Below, one piece after another: positions 56,483 to 64,000 of a stretch of DNA of 64,000 nt; within the stretch, counting starts at the first letter, position 1; every line of letters begins with the position of its first letter. A program made the translations under genes and the position numbers. The DNA lies in contig NW_021825821.1 of assembly GCF_006345805.1 (NCBI RefSeq), positions 1 to 64,000 of the forward strand, given 5' to 3'. Origin of the DNA: Octopus sinensis. Its lineage: Eukaryota. The notes beneath the pieces were generated by a model that saw nothing but the letters and a program-made list of their open reading frames with translations, searched no databases and was not told the DNA's origin.

Positions 56483-58409
56483 CAGCGGTTCTCAAATGCG
56501 GCCCCCGGGGCCGCATGTGGCCCCCAGGATTTTTTTGCGGCCCCTCTAGAGTAACTAACTTTTTTAATTTTTTAGTAATGTTTAAATTTAATTATTCATT
56601 CTTAAGGTTAAACATATCCATAATTGGTGATTTCATTAATCAATCTGAAGCACGTTTTGGGATACATTTATATAAATTTAATTTTTAGAATTTTAAGAAT
56701 TCCTTCCTTAATGAAAATATTCGCAACTCCATTCAGCGTGAAATTAAGATGCGCCTGCAAAGTTTCAACTAGAACTCAATAATTTACAACATATATAGAA
56801 CTGCGCGCGGCATTGTTCAAAAATGCGTCATTATTAATTTTTTACCCGGGTTGTTAGATTTAAATCATTTGATTTTAATCAACAATAAAAATCAATGATT
56901 TAAATCATTAAAAAAAACAAAAAAATCATTTAAATTTTTTTAAATGTCTGGAAGAAAGCGTGATTCTTTGTGGGCTTATTTTGATAAACGTATTATTCCT
57001 GGAAAGACCGGAAGCCGTGCCAGATGTCGTAATTGTGGGAAGGACATACAAGGTCTTGTATCTCGGATGAGGCAGCATCATTTTTATGTCGAAGTAATAT
57101 TGATATCCCTGAAAATATGCCGAGACCTGAAAGCGAATTTCCTCCAAGGATGAAGGACCATTCATTAATCAATTTCGTAACTACGACGACTTCATCTAAG
57201 AAAGATTTGATGGATCTGCAACTCGCTAGATACATATTTTCTACAAACACTCCGTTTGCTGCTGTAGAACATCCCGAAGGTCCAAAATATTTCCCTAAAA
57301 CGACGCGTTGAAGAATATCTGATGCTTATTAAACCAATTGCTGTCGCTTTAGATAAAATTCAGAATGATTCTACCACGATTAGTCATGCTGTAGAAATTT
57401 GGAAAGAACTTGAACAGACATATATTGACAATGGATGTACGAATATTTTAGGAAAAGTGAGAATTCGAGCAAAACAAGCATTAACACCTTTCCACTTACT
57501 TGCGAATTTGATCGACCCGACATGTAGTGGGAAATCTCTTTCAAATGTTGAGATTGACATTGCATTGAGTTATTGTGCTCAAAATTATGAATATGCACTT
57601 CCGACTCTGATTAATTTCAGAGCAAAAGCTGATCCATTTAAACAATACATGTTTGCTCCGAATTTATTGAGTAAAGTATCACCTATAGCTGGGTGGGAGT
57701 CGAATTCATACCAGTTACCTTCACAAGTAATTTCACTATGCAAAAAAATTCTTGGAGCAGTTGCTTCGACAGGTGGAATAGAAAGAATCTTTTCAACATT
57801 CGGATTTCTACATTCAAATGTACGCAATAGGCTGGGGATCGAAAAAGCAGCCAAACTTGTTTCCATTTCAAGCTTTAAATAAATAAAAACGATTTCCATT
57901 GTTTTGTTTTTATTTTAGTTCGCTTTGAAATATTTATTTATTATTAACCCAAGAAGACCACAAAGAAAGAAAGCGTAATGCAACTAGTTAAGTGATCCCG
58001 GTGGACATAAGGAACTACGATAGATCGTTCTGCGTGGCCGTTTTTCAGTTTTATGTACAAAGAGAGAGGTTCTCTGATAAGCCAGGTGAAAGGGTCGTTT
58101 TGAAATAAAGATCATTTAATTCAAAAAAATCTGATTTAAATCAAAAAAAAATCGTGATTAAATCAAAAAATCAGATTTTTTTGATTTTTTTGAAAAATCT
58201 GATTTTTAACAACCCTGATTTTTACGAATTAATTCCTCAAGACAAATTCAAAAATATAACACACAATGCATATATGAATCTCATATTTATGTGAATCAAT
58301 ATTTATTAAAATGGAAAATATAAAAATATATAAAATATTTTTTGTGCGGCCCGCGAAGCTAATCTTAATTATCGATTTGGCCTTGAGCTAAAAAGGCTGA
58401 GAACCCCTG
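56483..58409. mobile_element. Outer hAT (Buster-like) non-autonomous element
   Basis: TIRs CAGCGGTTCTCAA / CTGAGAACCCCTG; perfect 8-bp TSD GTCTGGAG; GGCCCGC/GGCCGC subterminal repeats. Confidence 0.92.
56846..58217 (+). mobile_element. Inner hAT with BED finger and hATC domain, internally deleted
   Basis: TIRs CCGGGTTGTTA / TAACAACCCTG; TSD TTTTTTAC / ATTTTTAC; LWAYF...CRNC...H and ASTGGIERIFS...RNRLG. Confidence 0.88.
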
Positions 58410-59295
58410 GTCTGGAGTCTTATTCCGCCTCGTGTAAAATAGGAATTTATTCTTTGAGAACAAAATTCAATGTGTATTCTCTGCATCAGATGAGAGGAGA
58501 CCGTCGACCACGGTGCTATTAGATGTGAGAGGATGTTACATGGAGGATTATGTCAGAAGGCACGATGAAATAGTGAGATGCATACACTTTCATTTTTGTT
58601 GAGAACTTTGACTCAAGAATGATAAAAAACTGAAAACACATTCGGTAGAATCAGTATCGGCGAATGAGGAGGTTGAAATCACAGTGAACACATTTATAAA
58701 GATCGACATTGTCGTGGAACATAACAAACCCGATTTGTTTGTTTTAGACAAGTTAAAGAATCAAATTTTGTTGATGGAAGTTGGGATAACATCTTATCAA
58801 AACTTTCAGCAAATGAAGATCAATAAAATGAGAAAATATGACCTCCTATCCAAAAAGTTGGACTTAATCTATCATGCGAGAGTGAAAATAGTACCTATTG
58901 TATTAACATGAAATGAACTGGCTACTCAAAAATTCCCACAATATGCACGTTGGCTTAACATCAGTGAGAGAACGTACGCATACATTTAATCACTCACTAT
59001 AAAGAAAACCCTTGAGAGCATGATTGTTTCTTATAGAAACAGAGACGAAACATGGCAAAGAACGCTTAAATTGGACCAAAGAATAAGCGAGATTCATCAC
59101 CAAATAAGTGTGTCTTCAACATCGTCAGTTCCTGTCAGTACCTTGAAGGAAAAGAAACGGTCTTGCCTACCTAAATCACTTTGCGAATAGAGGATGTAGC
59201 GACCAGAAGTTTAATTAATTAATACTTACTTAAAATTCAATCAATGTCACTTTTAAAATGTTGATATGCACATATTTATATTTGATTATTTTATT

Positions 59296-61900
59296 CTAAA
59301 ATGTGTTTATTTTAATGCACTCGTCAAGCAATTTAATTTTCATTTTGCATTTTAAAAGGATCGAACTATCCATTTCGTTATAGGCTTTGATGTAGCTATC
59401 GATATTAAATTTACGTTTGTCTACAAATAAAAAATCATTCAAAATCGACCTTCCCTTTCATAAAAGAATACATAGGCTTTTGGATCATCCGAATCAGGAA
59501 CTTGTTCGACGACCTTACTGTCCGATGTACAATACCATTTTTGATCTTTCATATTTTTTATGTATGCCATATAATGTCCAAATTCACTGTCTTAACATTA
59601 ATTAAAAATCAATACTTCCAGTGTGACAAATGAAAGAACTCAGTTTGTAAACGACTTGTTTGGTGCCATGAGTTCGAAGGATGATTTCTTTTTTCAAATA
59701 ATTAATTCTTTTGTTTAACTTGATGACTTTTTCGTTTATCGTGACATATCTTTATTGACAAAAGAGAAATACCGTTTGAGATTTACTATCAACAAAGGAG
59801 GTGCGTCAACGACGGTCATTAAACGACAGGCAAATAACCCAGAACACTTATTACATTTTCGATCAATGATTTCTCGACTATTTTTATTATCCAAAACTAT
59901 ACCATCCAAACTCATTGCTAAAGCAATCTGAAATATGATTTGTCTCATCTATTCGGTCGTAGTCTGGACGTTTGTTAATTTTTACGATTTCAGAAAAAGG
60001 AATAACGGAATTGATCAATTTTATTCCGAGACCTTCAATACAAATATTTTCGTTTTTCAGTAAAGAAGCGTCACATCCACGGCATATTCGATTTATGCAT
60101 TTATTACAATCGCCCTTGAATTAAAGAAATCAAAAAACAGTTTTTTGGATTGAATGAATAGTATATTTCTCCAACTTTAATATAAATTCGAATATATTCT
60201 GACTTAACTCGTCGTGGTTAATATTCTTTTTTAGTCGAATTAGTCGCGGATATGTATCAGTTTGGCTTTCTTTTTTCCAAACATAAATCGGAATATCAAC
60301 AGTCAACTCTGATTTAAAAATACCTCAAATTTACTATACCTGATATATTATCATTTTGGTCCTTTTTTTCTTGATTTGAGGGTATAAATACATCAAAGAC
60401 TATTAAAGTGTATGATTCTTTGGTTTCTGATATTATTTGAAATGTATTGTTCTATTACTTAAAATTAAAATATTACTTTGAACTCGATTTTTTTGCTGTT
60501 ATTGTCCGCATACTCGATTGCGAATTTAATGTTTTTTGAGGCTCCAGTTACATATCTGATCAGAGTTGACAATTCTCCAATCTTTGAATACTCGGGAGCC
60601 CAAAATTCAAAGAACTTTCTTTCATAAGTAATATTGCTTGATATAAATATAATATCTTCAAAAAATCAAAAAAACATACTAAGTTTGATTGATCTATTTA
60701 CAACTGGTAAGGGAATAATGGTCATTTTCTCTTTGGTGGTGGACTTAGTCGAGCAGCTTTTGCATGTGATCTAGTTATTATTAAAATAAATAATACTTCT
60801 TGGTTGACGGTAACCGTATAAACTTCATCCCACAAAATCTTTGTTACATTTTTTGAATATCGTTCTCCCTGTGGACGAAACTCTCTACTTATCGAGGAAA
60901 TAAGGAGCCGAATAAATTCTTCTACATCTTGCTATTTGGTTAATTTGGGTCAAAACTTGTTGGTTGTTGAGCATCCCAGGGTTGTTAGCGGCAATCACAA
61001 TCTTGAAAAGTTTGATTGCCTTCTGTGATACTGGAGAATCCCATGCCTAAAGTAGAGTAACAAAACTGACTTCTGATGCTATATTAAGAAATGAAAGTAA
61101 AGTTAAAATAGATTTCGTGCTAGACTTCGACATGAATTTAACTGTTTCTTTACAAAAAATAAATTCCATTATTGAAGGAGATGCAAGTAGGCATTGAATG
61201 CCTGAGTTTATGTAGCAAGTGTTCAATACATTGGGAAATTTGAGTAAGCCTTAAACAATTAAAAGCATTATACCCGTTTTTTTACCAGGATCAGTTTCTA
61301 ATGTTATTAGTGAAGGGTAAGTTATAGAATTTTTAGATTCTGCTTGTTTGGTCTCGGTGGCTACAATTTTTTCGTGAGTACCGTTTTCCGAAAAATCTTT
61401 TATGACTGTGTGTATTGGGGTAGTTTTTATTTCGCAAGTATATTCAGAGTTTTTCTCTTGGTCATTTACACTATCTGTTGTTTCAACAGCCATATTTTAC
61501 CGAATCCGGAATGCTGTCTTTTTATAGTCTCATTACATAATAACGGAAAGTTGTTACAGTTACATAATTTTTCACTAATAAGAGTTTTATTACCACAGAG
61601 TCTGTATGAGTGAAATATGCTGACAGAATTGATATAATTTCTGTTTGGTGATTTTTCGTGACTATTAAAGTATTTTTTATGGAAAAGTAGTCGCTTGTAA
61701 TATAAAATAAACATTTTCGAGCTTCCCAAACCGATTCAAATATTCTTGGAACTAATAGGTACAAATACTAGCGTGTAGAAAAATATTAATTCCTTTATAG
61801 TGGTTATTTCAATAACATGGGAGTGACCAAAATACGGCCCGTTCTCCATATGTCGTCAGCAGTGATATTTATCCGGGTCGCAAGAAGGTTTATGCAAACT
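59296..61900 (-). CDS. USP-family (peptidase C19) deubiquitinase; 5' end uncertain
   Basis: Cys box GLLKFPNVLNTCYINSGIQCL; QQ|QDVEEFI; PPLLIVNLKR; His box GHYMAYIKN...WYCTSDSKV...AYVFFYER. Confidence 0.78.
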
Positions 61901-62399
61901 GGTTTAAAATTTTATTCATGTAATAAATCCTGTAACTAGAGTTATGTTTAAAACAATGTTCGGATTGGCTATGTGATTTTATGTTCATTACTAATATGTT
62001 TAAGAGGCTCAATTTTTAAATTTAAAGTTACAGCAAAAAATTCTTTGCGCACAATATGTAAACCAAAATAAAAGCTTCTAAAGAAAAGCTTATATTTTGC
62101 CAGAAAATTATCTGAATGTAATTTTCCCCATTTCCCTTTATTTAAAAAAGCAAAAGTCAATAGTACGCTTATTGCAAACAAATAGCATTCAACTGTATTT
62201 ATTGAGTCAAAATTTAAACAAGATTTTCAGACTTTAGAATGATAGATTCATCATTAATATACTGACTTTGTTTTCAATACAGACAGTTCCAACTAAGAAT
62301 TTTATTCCTAATTAAAAAAAACTTGTACAGAACTGTGAGCAGCTGCATTTATCACATTGATGTCCAAAACTTTAATAAAAGTTTGAATGTTTTTATTCA

Positions 62400-63030
62400 A
62401 CTATTTCTGTTTAAACAATAAAGCGTGAATTAAAAGTTAGATTAATTAAATTTTTTCAATTTACTGGTCTTGGGGCTCCCTGAACAGCGTCATCATCTTT
62501 CGTGATCCTCTTGCTATTATTTTGTCCTTCCTCAGAGTATTCGTTTTCTGTTACCTCATCATGTCTCTTCTTCATCGAGTTAGCTCCTCTTTGATGAGTG
62601 TTCCATACTGCATAATCTTTGTTGAGAATTAATGCTTTAGTCATTACGTCTTCAAAACCATGTTTATATTCTACGAACATTCCTTCCAACGTCTTCTTTA
62701 ATGCAATCGTATGGATGTATGCCAGAACACTGTCTTTAATGCCAATCAAATCCATGTATATTTTAAAATACTTGGAGGTGATCGCATCCCAGGTAATGAC
62801 AATCGGAAGTATTCTGACTTTGGCTTTGTAAATGATTTCTAATTCACTTCCAGGATATCATATTTATGAAGTTTTTCAACTTTAACTGCTTTTAAATTAT
62901 CCACACACGTCACTCCAATCTCTATTAACCATATGTGGTTTAATTTTTGTCGTATAGGAAAATGTCCGGCTTGTTATATTGAATTTTTGATTCGGTAGCG
63001 ATAGTAGTGTCAACTCGTAATTCAGCACGA
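62400..63030 (-). mobile_element. RLE-type LINE 3' end (a ~90-bp copy of the same terminus lies at ~21265-21350, plus strand)
   Basis: KPDIFL...IEIGVT...KLHKYD...VITWDAI; shared terminus GTTCAGGGAG.CCCAAGACCAGTAAATTGAAAAA. Confidence 0.82.
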
Positions 63031-63044
63031 TCATTGGTAATTAC

Positions 63045-64000
63045 TAGGGCAACCAGAAATATGACCTTAAAAAAGTTAAATATGACCATAAAAAATATGA
63101 CTTTATGACTTTAAAATTCTAAAATATAACTTAAAAATATTAAAATATGACCTAAAAAATCAAAATATGACCTATCGAATTTTGATTTTTAGATATTCTG
63201 AATTTGAAAATATGAAAAAATTAAACATTTCAATCAATGAATTTATTATAATATTGCATCATATAATATTTAATATTTTCTGGCTTGAAGTTTCTATCCT
63301 TTTCGAGCAATTTATTCAGCATAGAAAAGCTTCTTTCTGCAGATATTGATGTTGAAGGACATTTCCATAAGTAAATAAATGTTTCTGGAGAAATACTAGA
63401 AATTCTAGCATTTTTAATATTCGTCCATGGTAACATACTTATCCGCTTAAAAAATACTTGTTGATGTCACAATTATCCTCACCAAAATTAACGGAATCAA
63501 TGAATTCAATTGCATCTTTAATTGTATAAAATTTTTCTTAGCATTTTCTGATTTCATCAATAATAGGGTTGTATGAAGCCATTAACTCTGCCAGATTTTT
63601 CTCCAAATTTTCAGAGCTAACAGCATTTTTCGCATTCATCACAATCTTTCCACAATTTGGATAGGATAAGACAATTTCGCGAACTCTTGAAAGATGTCGA
63701 CTATAATATTTTGCTGCGTCCAACCAGTTGCCCCATCTTGTTAGAACAACATCAGGTGGAAGTCCAATAACTGTAAAAAGTCTCCTCCGGGAGGGATTTT
63801 TACAATCGACATTTTGATAGACGAGATTAAGTCGTCAATATATTTATAATGTGCTCTAATCTTTAATGCAAAATTGTGCAGAAGATGAGCAAAACAAGTT
63901 ATATGAATCATTTTAATATACATAACCTTCAATGTACTCGCTGCTAAAGTCATATAACGGGCAGCATCAGCAATAAATAATAAAAAATTTTCCATTTTTA
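63045..64000 (-). mobile_element. hAT-superfamily transposase remnant running off the window end
   Basis: DAARYM, HITCFAHLLH, LTRWGNWLDAA and STSISAERSFS. TAGGG-starting terminus at 63045 followed by AATATGACC subterminal repeats. Confidence 0.8.

Larger units (their letters stand above)
54670..59200 (+). mobile_element. Long degenerate RLE-type LINE, interrupted by the nested hAT pair
   Basis: RPITCMPCLY, GILQGDSLSPMLF, GYKYLGVLE, MHLRPANMQRLYLP; SHWL before the hAT; HDEIVRCIH and NKPDLFVLD after it. Confidence 0.85.

Overview
This is AT-rich eukaryotic (animal) genomic DNA with tightly packed host genes split by very short GT-AG introns (mostly 23-31 nt), interleaved with dense transposon debris. 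A cytoplasmic intermediate filament with a lamin-tail domain, a motile-cilia factor (TTC12), very short introns and divergent rRNA point to a reduced ciliated protostome parasite such as a dicyemid or orthonectid; this is inference, not identification. Host genes: HERC3/4-like ligase, short TTC12 and NOL10 (all three duplicated in a direct repeat of at least 7.3 kb, 1-7297 and 33058-40341), a GH18 chitinase-like gene, the intermediate filament, an ANTH-only PICALM, two divergent pyridoxal kinases, OSBP, a USP deubiquitinase, a probable RPL24 pseudogene, an orphan gene and a 28S rDNA pseudogene interrupted by a LINE. The most informative structure is 22922-33117. There, one copy of a ~2.2-kb tandem unit carries four insertions (a LINE fragment, a near-full-length LINE whose 5' end captured a HERC exon, a Helitron and a MITE), and the neighbouring copy preserves the uninterrupted sites. 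All coordinates and splice models were read by eye, no searches were run, and most transposon boundaries are approximate.
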